Shown: piece after piece, positions 1 through 7,291 of the stretch
Layout of the letters: each line of letters opens with the position of its first letter
How positions within the stretch are numbered: position 1 is the stretch's first letter
Source of the DNA: Candidatus Fermentithermobacillaceae bacterium
GTDB lineage: Bacteria > Bacillota > Sulfobacillia > Fermentithermobacillales > DUSS01
Assembly: GCA_014896535.1 (NCBI GenBank)
Contig: JADBKE010000007.1
Coordinates: 68,571-132,570, forward strand
Length of the DNA: 64,000 nucleotides
Direction: 5' to 3'
The notes under the pieces: model-generated
The model's database searches: none
What the model saw: the letters and a program-made list of their open reading frames with translations, nothing else
What the model was told of the DNA's origin: nothing
Made by a program: the position numbers and the translations under genes

Positions 1-60
1 CCTGGCCATCGGGAAACTCCGCGAACGAGCGCCGGTCGAGGTCCTTCTTCGGACCCATGA
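1..60 (-). CDS. hypothetical protein, 5' end only (gene runs off the window start)
   Basis: ATG at 60..58 (minus) opens a frame reading MGPKKDLDRRSFAEFPDGQ... that is still open at position 1; weak SD; product unknown. Confidence 0.3.
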
Positions 61-121
61 TGGCTTTACGACTCCAGTCGTCGGGAAACTCCGCGAGCGA
101 GCGCGCGCCGGTCGAGGACGA
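11..121. repeat. imperfect direct repeat (~35-39 bp x2, ~37 bp spacer)
   Basis: cgggaaactccgcga(a/g)cgagcgc..gccggtcgagg occurs at 11-45 and 83-121; in the minus frame both copies encode ...RRS(F/L)AEFPD(G/D)..., so the 5' coding end of the partial gene appears duplicated in its own upstream region. Confidence 0.5.
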
Positions 122-202
122 AAGGAAAGACCCGGGGCCGCGGCGGCAATGCTAAAATGAGATTCGTTAGCAAACCGAAATCGAAGATCAGGAGGGGCCT
201 GG

Positions 203-1009
203 ATGTTCGACTCTCACGTTCACAGCTTCTTCTCCGCAGACTGCCATACACCACCCGAACCTCTCTGCGAAGCCGCGATCCGGCGGGGGCTGGACGGGAT
301 AGCGATCACCGACCACTTCGATTACGATTACCCGGGCTACAACGCTTCTTCCCAGATAGATTTCGATGCTTATATCGCCCGTCTGGACAACCTTTCAAGT
401 CGATACGGGTCCAAGCTGCAAGTACTGAAAGGTGTCGAGGTGGGGATACAACCTCACGCAGTGGACCAGGCCCTCCGAGTGGTTAGAAGTTACCCGTTTG
501 ACTATGTGCTGGCCTCCGTGCACATCATAGGCGGCGTCGACCCCTACGCCGGCACATATTACATCGGCAAGGCCAAACGGGAGGCATACGGTCGTTACCT
601 CGAAGAAGTGCTTTTCATGGTGAGGCACTTTCCAGATTTCGACGCCGTCGGCCACCTGGATTACATAACCCGGTACGCCGGGTATCCCGACAGGTCCATG
701 AGGTATGCCGATCATTCGGACCTGTTTGATTCCATATTCAGAGAGTTAATCGCCGCAGGCCGGGGACTTGAGGTTAACACCGGCTCATACAGACAAAGCA
801 GCGCAGCTGGTTCCCAAATCGCCTTCGACGTAAACATATTGAGGCGATACAAGGAGCTCGGAGGCGAAATAGTCTGCCTCGGATCCGATTCCCATGGTGC
901 CGACTACATCGGCTACAGGTTTGATGAGTTCGTCGAACTTCTCAAGGAATCGGGGTTCAGGTACGTCGCTCACTTCGAAGGTCGAAAGCCGGTATTCGAG
1001 GCTATTTAG
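203..1009 (+). CDS. histidinol-phosphatase, PHP family (HisJ/HisK-type)
   Basis: 268-aa ORF; N-terminal HVHSxxSxDC PHP metal-binding signature plus later His/Asp motifs; SD AGGAGG 8 nt upstream of ATG. Confidence 0.8.
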   Translation: MFDSHVHSFFSADCHTPPEPLCEAAIRRGLDGIAITDHFDYDYPGYNASSQIDFDAYIARLDNLSSRYGSKLQVLKGVEVGIQPHAVDQALRVVRSYPFDYVLASVHIIGGVDPYAGTYYIGKAKREAYGRYLEEVLFMVRHFPDFDAVGHLDYITRYAGYPDRSMRYADHSDLFDSIFRELIAAGRGLEVNTGSYRQSSAAGSQIAFDVNILRRYKELGGEIVCLGSDSHGADYIGYRFDEFVELLKESGFRYVAHFEGRKPVFEAI

Positions 1010-1022
1010 ACATCAAGTTTGC

Positions 1023-2015
1023 CTACCGCAAGTTTTCCCCTAACGCTTCGGGATTCACCGGCGTATGAACCCGGCCTGTGACGAGGTAGTCCCGGATATT
1101 CCTGGCGGCAAGGAGTGCCATTTCCGTCCTGGTCTTTACGGTGGCGCTGCCGATGTGAGGCAAAAGCACTACGTTGGGAAGGGTGCGAAGCGGGCTGTCC
1201 ATAGGCAGCGGTTCAACCTCGAAAACATCGAGACCTGCCGCCCAAATCCACCCTTCCCTCAGCGCTTTGTAGAGAGCTCGTTCATCGACAACCGCTCCCC
1301 TCGCCGTGTTGATTAGCACGGCGGTGGGTTTCATCATGCGAAGCTCCCGCTCCCCGATGAAGCCCCTGGTTTCCGGCGTAAGAGGAAGATGAAGCGATAC
1401 GTAGTCTGACTCGCGGAGAAGGGTCTCCTTGTCCACGTAGCGCGCCCCGATCTCCTCTTCGACCTGGGGGTTCCGCCTTTTCGAGTAATACAGCACCTTC
1501 ATATCGAAGCCCCGGGCCCTCTTGGCAACAGCCTGCCCGATCCGGCCCATCCCCACGATGCCCAGGGTAGCGCCGTAAACTTCCTTTCCCGTAAGCAACA
1601 TGGGCGACCACGTCTTCCACTGCCCTTTCAAGAGGAAGTCCATGGCCTCGGGAAGCCTGCGCGCCGTGGCGAGAAGAAGCGCAAACGCCAGGTCAGCGGT
1701 GGCGTCCGTAAGGACGTCGGGGGTGTTCGTGACGACTATACCCCGCTCCGTGCAAGAACCCACGTCTATGTTGTCGTATCCTACCGCCATGTTGGCGACG
1801 ATTTTAAGGCGCGGAGCCGCGTCCAGCAGCTCGCGGTCCACCTTCTCCGTGAGGACGCAGAGGAGCCCCTCGACCTCTTTGACTTCCCGCATCAGCACAT
1901 CTCGGGGAACCACCACGTCCTCCTCCGGCCAGACCGATACATCGAGACTCTCCCTCAAGAGCGCAATGGCGGGTTCAGGTATCTTTCTGGTTACGTATAC
2001 CTTGGGGCGGGTCAT
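1023..2015 (-). CDS. D-isomer-specific 2-hydroxyacid dehydrogenase (glyoxylate/hydroxypyruvate reductase-like)
   Basis: NAD-binding GxGxxG (GIVGMGRIGQAVAKR) and catalytic-domain motifs (VANMAVGYDNIDV...). Start moved to the internal ATG at 2015 (MTRPKVYVTRK...); the track ORF extends to 2066. Confidence 0.8.
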   Translation of the reverse strand: MTRPKVYVTRKIPEPAIALLRESLDVSVWPEEDVVVPRDVLMREVKEVEGLLCVLTEKVDRELLDAAPRLKIVANMAVGYDNIDVGSCTERGIVVTNTPDVLTDATADLAFALLLATARRLPEAMDFLLKGQWKTWSPMLLTGKEVYGATLGIVGMGRIGQAVAKRARGFDMKVLYYSKRRNPQVEEEIGARYVDKETLLRESDYVSLHLPLTPETRGFIGERELRMMKPTAVLINTARGAVVDERALYKALREGWIWAAGLDVFEVEPLPMDSPLRTLPNVVLLPHIGSATVKTRTEMALLAARNIRDYLVTGRVHTPVNPEALGENLR

Positions 2016-2326
2016 CGGTAAACTCACGCTCCAACGATTCCTTACGCCACATCCCAATCTTAGCATGTTTCAGTTCACGCTTGCGTACGGCATATCCTTA
2101 TACCTTTAGCGCCCTTAGTCCGCGCAGTCAATCGGCTGCTGCCCCCGTGATGCCAGGACACGGTTATTGACCCAGGACCAGCGAGTCTCCAAGTTTATTC
2201 GGTTCGTGGGCAGCCCTGTATTCGTCTGCCGGCTCCCGTCTTATTTCTAGCCCTGCACCGGGGTGCACACCACACCCGGTGCAAGCTACGCCTAACGACT
2301 TCGGGAGCCGGCCTTGTTCACCATTA

Positions 2327-3274
2327 CTAGTCACCCACGGTGACGCGAATCTCTCCGGAAGTATCAATTCGCAGAACGTGGCGGCCACTTCCCACGGCTG
2401 CGGTTTTCGCCACTTTGCCGGACCACCCGTGGGCAGAGTCCGTACGCTCCTGGTAACCCTCTACTGTACTCCACGCAACGTTGCCCGAAATCATCTCGGG
2501 TGAGACGGAACTTGCCAGCAACCTGACGTCGTCGGACGGGCTAAGTTCAACGGCAACCGGTCCGCTGGCCTGCACACTCCAGCCGACACTGAGGCCCCGC
2601 GCTACCACCCGCGCAGTTCCAAGTTCCGAAAACTCGATGGGACGGTCGGCCGGAGCCAGGATAATCCACCTGTGCTGCGACGTCACGTGTCCCAGACCGT
2701 CGCGGCGGGCCGGAGGTTTGAGGGACAGGTAAAGCGTCGTACCGTGCTTGCGGGATACCACTCGCGCTCCCTTTGCCCAGTTAATCGCGTCTTCTTCGGA
2801 AGATGCCGAAACGCGCCCATCTCCGAATATGACCATTTGCCCGGGCTTTTCCGGAACCGCAGCTCGAATTTCAACCTCGGCGTCCTCGGCGGTGACCACC
2901 ACTTTTGACACGTCTCTGTCTATGCTAACGGATGTCTCCGGAAGTTCCACCGAGTAAACCGTGGAGGTCAGAGCGCTTTGGATGGCCGGCAGCACTCCCA
3001 CTGCGGTCAGGGTGTAAACTCCGGCGGTGCACAAGACGACGCACAAAGTCACCAGCACTCCGAACCAGTCGTACCTGATGAAGGGCTTATCTTGTCCCGA
3101 CAAAGCGTTGGCCAGGAGCACTTCAACACCAACCAGGATCAGCACGACGGGCCACCACCGAACCGCGATTTCCAGGGACGTCCCCCAGCCCCGTACTTGG
3201 CCCACCATAATGAGGACGCCAAACAGTATCAGCGCAAGTCCCATCGAAAAGGAACCGACCCGCCACTGTCGCAT
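2327..3274 (-). CDS. membrane protein, LiaF-like / putative-adhesin (DUF4097-like) C-terminal domain
   Basis: 315-aa ORF with two N-terminal TM helices then a beta-rich domain; last gene of the sigma/anti-sigma/membrane-protein string. Confidence 0.45.
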   Translation of the reverse strand: MRQWRVGSFSMGLALILFGVLIMVGQVRGWGTSLEIAVRWWPVVLILVGVEVLLANALSGQDKPFIRYDWFGVLVTLCVVLCTAGVYTLTAVGVLPAIQSALTSTVYSVELPETSVSIDRDVSKVVVTAEDAEVEIRAAVPEKPGQMVIFGDGRVSASSEEDAINWAKGARVVSRKHGTTLYLSLKPPARRDGLGHVTSQHRWIILAPADRPIEFSELGTARVVARGLSVGWSVQASGPVAVELSPSDDVRLLASSVSPEMISGNVAWSTVEGYQERTDSAHGWSGKVAKTAAVGSGRHVLRIDTSGEIRVTVGD

Positions 3275-3310
3275 GGCTATTCATCCTCCTCTACGATAGA
3301 TTTCCTGGAC

Positions 3311-4192
3311 TCACGGATTCTCCCGGCTTCGGCCCCCCTCGGCTGGAGTCCTCCGCCCAATCGGCGTCCCCAGGGCCAGCCGCAGCCCGGCGCCGATGAG
3401 GACGCCCGCTGCCACAACAGTCTTCAGGAGGGATACGAGCCGGTAGTCGAGAAGGGGAACCACAAGATTGTCGAAGAGCGCCATACAGCCCAGAACGATG
3501 AGGGCGGTACCCACCCATTTTTGATGAGCCGCGATCCATCCGACGAAACCCGCGTCTTCAGGATGCTTTCCTGCGGCCGGGATACTCCACGATGCCCCGG
3601 TGCGCTCGACCTGAGGGCTTTCCCCTGCCTGGGACGCATCGAGACCGGCGATTCTGGACCCCGGTGTTCCATTGAGGGCCATTGCGGAAGCAATCTGTAA
3701 AGCATCGAAGAAGCTGTAGAACCATATCACCGGCAGCATGAAGAGGAAAAAGCTCAAGTGCAACCAGTCCATGAGAAACAGGGCGCCGAAGAAAGAAGCC
3801 ATGAACGCGAGGCCCCTTTCCTGCCATCCGAGATACATGTGGCCGGCTCCGGGGACTACGCTAAACAACAGGGCCCACAAGGTGCTCTTCTGTCCGGTCC
3901 GAAGGCCTTCCCCGAGCCCGCCGAAGAGCTGCCAGTCCCGGACCTCTTCGCCCCGATTCAGGCGGCCGCACAGGTTGAGAGCGTCAAAGAGCCCGTACAC
4001 CCACAGAATGGGAAGCGGCGCAAGCAGCACCGTGAACACACCGCGTTCGATGGACCCCAGGAAAGCCACCAGGAACATCCAGCCGAGGAAGATGCCCATC
4101 AGCGTCAATCCTCGGACCGCAAACCCCAGGTACAGGTGGCCGAGCCCCGGCACAGCCGAAAAGATGAATGTGAGAAAGGCGCTCTTACGCAA
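3311..4192 (-). CDS. polytopic membrane protein with internally repeated VPG(L/A)GH(L/M)YLG motif
   Basis: 293-aa hydrophobic ORF; motif duplicated at residues ~13 and ~115; family not recognised. Confidence 0.45.
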   Translation of the reverse strand: MRKSAFLTFIFSAVPGLGHLYLGFAVRGLTLMGIFLGWMFLVAFLGSIERGVFTVLLAPLPILWVYGLFDALNLCGRLNRGEEVRDWQLFGGLGEGLRTGQKSTLWALLFSVVPGAGHMYLGWQERGLAFMASFFGALFLMDWLHLSFFLFMLPVIWFYSFFDALQIASAMALNGTPGSRIAGLDASQAGESPQVERTGASWSIPAAGKHPEDAGFVGWIAAHQKWVGTALIVLGCMALFDNLVVPLLDYRLVSLLKTVVAAGVLIGAGLRLALGTPIGRRTPAEGGRSRENP

Positions 4193-4359
4193 CGCCCAAG
4201 GCCTCCTTTCCGCATTACCCTTTGATTTCCGTCTCCGGTCCCCGCTTTAGATTCCTCCCCAGACTTCGCTGCCGTTGGTGACGAACGCGATCGCCAAGGC
4301 TCCGTCTGTCACCCTCTCAGACCCCCCCTCAGAGTTCCGGCGGTTATGTCCTCACTGTC

Positions 4360-4962
4360 CTATCTCATCACCGCATCTACCCAGGACGATATCCTGTCAA
4401 TGACCTTGTTCGACCAGCCCGAGGGCATCTCTTCGCTGACCCGCACTATGGTTTTTCCTGTCTCGTACAGGGCCGACGGCGCGGTGCGGGATACCGCGTC
4501 AAACCATCCACCGGCAAGAAGCATGAGCGTGATAGCTGCCGCTACGGCGTAGTTGCGCAGGGCCGCAAGTCGGTCGGGGGTTGGGTTCTGCCTTTCCCAA
4601 TCGCATCTGCGGCGATGGCCGTGACTGCGGGCACAAACCTGTTCCGCATCGGGCCGCCGCACCAGCGCCGCACCAGGCCCCCGCGCCAGCGCCGACAGAA
4701 CCCGTTGGACGAAGTCCGGGCGCAACGTCATTTCAGCCAGTTCCACGTCCCGAGCATCCACCGTGGCAAGGTAGGTCTCCAGGCAGACGTCGCAGGTGGA
4801 AAGGTGCTCCTCCATCTGCCGCCTCAACTCCCCCGGCACAAAGCCTTTCTTAAAAGCAGCCCACTGTTGGGGAGAGTAATGCCCGGCCATGTCCGGGCCG
4901 CGCACATCGGAGCCGGACACGTTCGAGCCAGGCCTATTCGTCCTGCGGGAATTCGGAGTCAT
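4360..4962 (-). CDS. anti-sigma factor, zinc-finger (HxxxCxxC) type with one TM segment
   Basis: HLSTCDVCLETY motif, TM helix AAAITLMLLAGGW; overlaps the upstream ECF sigma gene. Real start probably the internal ATG at 4890 (MAGHY...). Confidence 0.5.
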   Translation of the reverse strand: MTPNSRRTNRPGSNVSGSDVRGPDMAGHYSPQQWAAFKKGFVPGELRRQMEEHLSTCDVCLETYLATVDARDVELAEMTLRPDFVQRVLSALARGPGAALVRRPDAEQVCARSHGHRRRCDWERQNPTPDRLAALRNYAVAAAITLMLLAGGWFDAVSRTAPSALYETGKTIVRVSEEMPSGWSNKVIDRISSWVDAVMR

Positions 4963-5557
4963 ACCTTCTCAAGGCCTCCCTGAGCATTTTCCTAGCCCGG
5001 TACAACCTGGACTCCACCGTTTTGACGCTGACGCCTTCGCGACCGGCGATGGACTCGTAATCGTATCCGCCTGCGTAGTACAGGAGAAAGGTTCGCCGGT
5101 AAACCGGAGGCAACGCCCTCACGGCCCCGGCAATCCACTCCATCCCGAGTTGCCTCATAAACTCGTCTTCGGCGGAAGGACAGTCGGCGGTGCGTGCCGC
5201 GCCCGAAAGCTCCGGGACGTAACGCTCTGGATCGTGCGGGACGGCAAGTCCTTGCCGCCGGTACCAACCTGCCCCATCCGGTATGTCCGCGGGACTCTCC
5301 AGCAGCCTCAGCCGGGCGTTCCTCCTGCGCCAGTCGATGGCCTTGTTTACCGCTATGCGCGCCATCCACGCCCTGAGATTCCCTCCTTTGAATTCCGGTA
5401 ACGACAGATAAATCTTAAGAAACGTCTCCTGAAGCACGTCCTCAGCAGCCACCGGGTCGCGGACCACCGGCAGAATGACTGCGAAGAGGAACCCTTTGTA
5501 AGCGTCGAGTATCTCACCGAAAGCCTGGGTGTCCCCGCTCTTCGCTCTCTCCACCAT
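4934..5557 (-). CDS. ECF (sigma-70 family) RNA polymerase sigma factor
   Basis: sigma-70 region 2 (FLFAVILPVVRDPVAAEDVLQETFLKIY) and region 4 (YRRTFLLYYAGGYDYESIAGREGVSVKTVESRLYRARKML); start taken at ATG 5557. Confidence 0.75.
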   Translation of the reverse strand: MVERAKSGDTQAFGEILDAYKGFLFAVILPVVRDPVAAEDVLQETFLKIYLSLPEFKGGNLRAWMARIAVNKAIDWRRRNARLRLLESPADIPDGAGWYRRQGLAVPHDPERYVPELSGAARTADCPSAEDEFMRQLGMEWIAGAVRALPPVYRRTFLLYYAGGYDYESIAGREGVSVKTVESRLYRARKMLREALRRYDSEFPQDE

Positions 5558-5845
5558 CTGTGACTCGCGGTCGACGGCTAACCCCTCCTCTGCCGGCTTC
5601 CACAAGTACTTAACGCTCAAAACACCGGAACCCCTGCACGCCTTCGTCGTTCTACCCGGCGCAGCCCAGGCCATCTACGAGTTCAGAAACGCTTTGGCGG
5701 AGCACAGGCACTCCATTGTGGACATAACCCCCATGATGCGGAACCTGACCCGTTGAGTGAGAGGCTGCAAAAAAGCGGGACCTCGGACCCGGGAGACCAA
5801 CACGCCGTAGGGGGCACTTGCTGAACCGCTCGAAACGGGCGCTCC

Positions 5846-5968
5846 GTCAGGCGCGGTGAAGGAAGAAGATGTGGAGGAAGAAGACGTGGCTGCTTTCTGC
5901 CCGTACTGTGGTCAGAAGGTCGGGTCAGACTTCAACTTCTGCCCCAGATGCGGGAAAAAGCTTCCGGA
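5846..5968 (+). CDS. small zinc-ribbon protein (CPxCG-x11-CPRCG)
   Basis: 40-codon frame ...AAFCPYCGQKVGSDFNFCPRCGKKLPDGG*; only GTG starts available (5846/5861/5876); absent from the >=60-aa track. Confidence 0.3.
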
Positions 5969-6020
5969 CGGCGGCTGATACGACGGAGTTTGCAGGTATA
6001 CCCGCTGAGGTTCGCCGCTC

Positions 6021-6300
6021 TCAGCCATCCAGCAGACTTTCAAGCCAGCTCGAGAGTTCTCTATCCGCGATTTTGCCCTCGTAACGGCCAACCGGCGTGG
6101 GACCTCTGAAGGCGAGAAGCGTCGGGATCGCCGTGATGCCGAATCTTGAGGCGCAATGGCCAGCATCCATGAACGTTTCGGCATAATTTCACATCGGAGC
6201 ACCTGATCCAGCACCACGCTGATTGAAGCATAATGGCCTCGCACGCAGGAGTCGAACCAATCACCGAATCCGGCTGCTTTGGCGGGCTCTGCCAGGCCCG
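6021..6300 (-). pseudogene. thioredoxin remnant (frameshifted, internally deleted)
   Basis: frame ending at 6021 encodes FMDAGHCASRFGITAIPTLLAFRGPTPVGRYEGKIADRELSSWLESLLDG*, a thioredoxin C-terminal half with WCGPC degraded to GHCAS. An N-terminal-like piece (..EAIMLQS..) lies in another frame upstream; no intact ~105-aa frame. Confidence 0.45.
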
Positions 6301-6889
6301 GCTCCACTGGCGGTCTATAATATCCTGCCGCATCAGCCTTGTCTTCGCTCATCTGGGGCTCTGTTTCCTTCCCACTGCTTCCCAGGAACGCTCACCTCTA
6401 CTAAACCGTAATCCGCCGGATCTGTGCTAAATCTCCCGCCAGCAAGTAATTTTTGCTTGTGACCTGGCCGCCCTGGTTGTCTATCTACGTCCGATAATTC
6501 ACTAAGGGTCCATGATGATATCTCGAGAGAGGGTCTTTAATTTCGAGTACCGTTGTCCTGCTCGATATGAGCCTTTCCATCTGTTCAGGGTCCATGGATA
6601 CTTTCACCATACTTCTCGCTCGATTTGTCTGTATCTGATCTCAAATGAGTGCATCCGCACATCTTACCCTTCATGTCCATTCCTTTCTTGCAACGCCCAG
6701 CTTCCTCGCCATGTTTCTGAATCACGCATTTTCAGTCTTCTACCATTTTCCCAGCTCCACAGCGCCTCCCGCACCACCATTGGGCCTTTCTCCTGTGGCC
6801 TTCCAGCACCCCCACCGCTTCAGAATGAAAGCCGCGGAGGCTCCTCACCTTCGCCAATGGATCATATTGAGATGATGAGCTGGAGCTGT

Positions 6890-7222
6890 TCAGTGCTCCT
6901 TATCTCCGTTCATGCCGCCTAATTTCCGCCGGTTGATGGTTCCATCCGGTCTGAGAATACCCGCGCCGAAGGCATCCACGACCCGGCGCCATCCGATTGT
7001 GCCCGGCGAGACAACCTCCCTGCTCACCTCGTCAGCGTCGATGATAACCGCTCCCAGCTCCCGGAGCATCCGCGACACGGTGCTCTTCCCGCTGGCTATC
7101 CCACCGGTCAAACCTATAACATAGAGACCCTTGTATTTCATGCTGTCCTTTCGCTCCCGGCTTGTCCGGGCAGCCCTGTCGGTCCGCCACCCTTTCGGCC
7201 AGGAAACCCGCCAATCTGGCAC
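6890..7222 (-). pseudogene. coaE: dephospho-CoA kinase (coaE), truncated after ~83 residues
   Basis: MKYKGLYVIGLTGGIASGKSTVSRMLRELGAVIIDADEVSREVV... P-loop N-terminus, but the frame stops at 6890 (normal CoaE is ~200 aa). No continuing frame downstream. Confidence 0.6.
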
Positions 7223-7291
7223 CCTCCGGCCGCGGCCGGCCCCGACCCGGCAAACCCGTCGAACCGGCCGGCCCGGTGCCTTCCTTTACGA

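Noticed and set aside
157-486. 109-aa ORF overlapping the start of the PHP phosphatase
   Set aside because: Out-of-frame overlap with a well-supported gene that has its own SD. Arg/Pro-rich low-complexity product.
2120-2200. SRP-RNA-like motif (..GGGGGCAGCAGCC..GAUUGAC..) on the minus strand in the spacer after the dehydrogenase gene
   Set aside because: Only a loose resemblance to the domain IV consensus (GGAAGGAAGCAGCC). The flanking helix pattern of 4.5S/scRNA could not be reproduced by hand; an Infernal search is needed before any call.
6236-6262. tRNA-like 3' end on the minus strand (GGTTCGACTCC...GCGAGGCCA: T-loop-like plus CCA)
   Set aside because: No complementary acceptor 5' strand, D-arm or anticodon arm could be built from the upstream 80 nt. 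The motif lies inside the decayed thioredoxin-region frames, so it is probably coincidental or at most an att-like relic.
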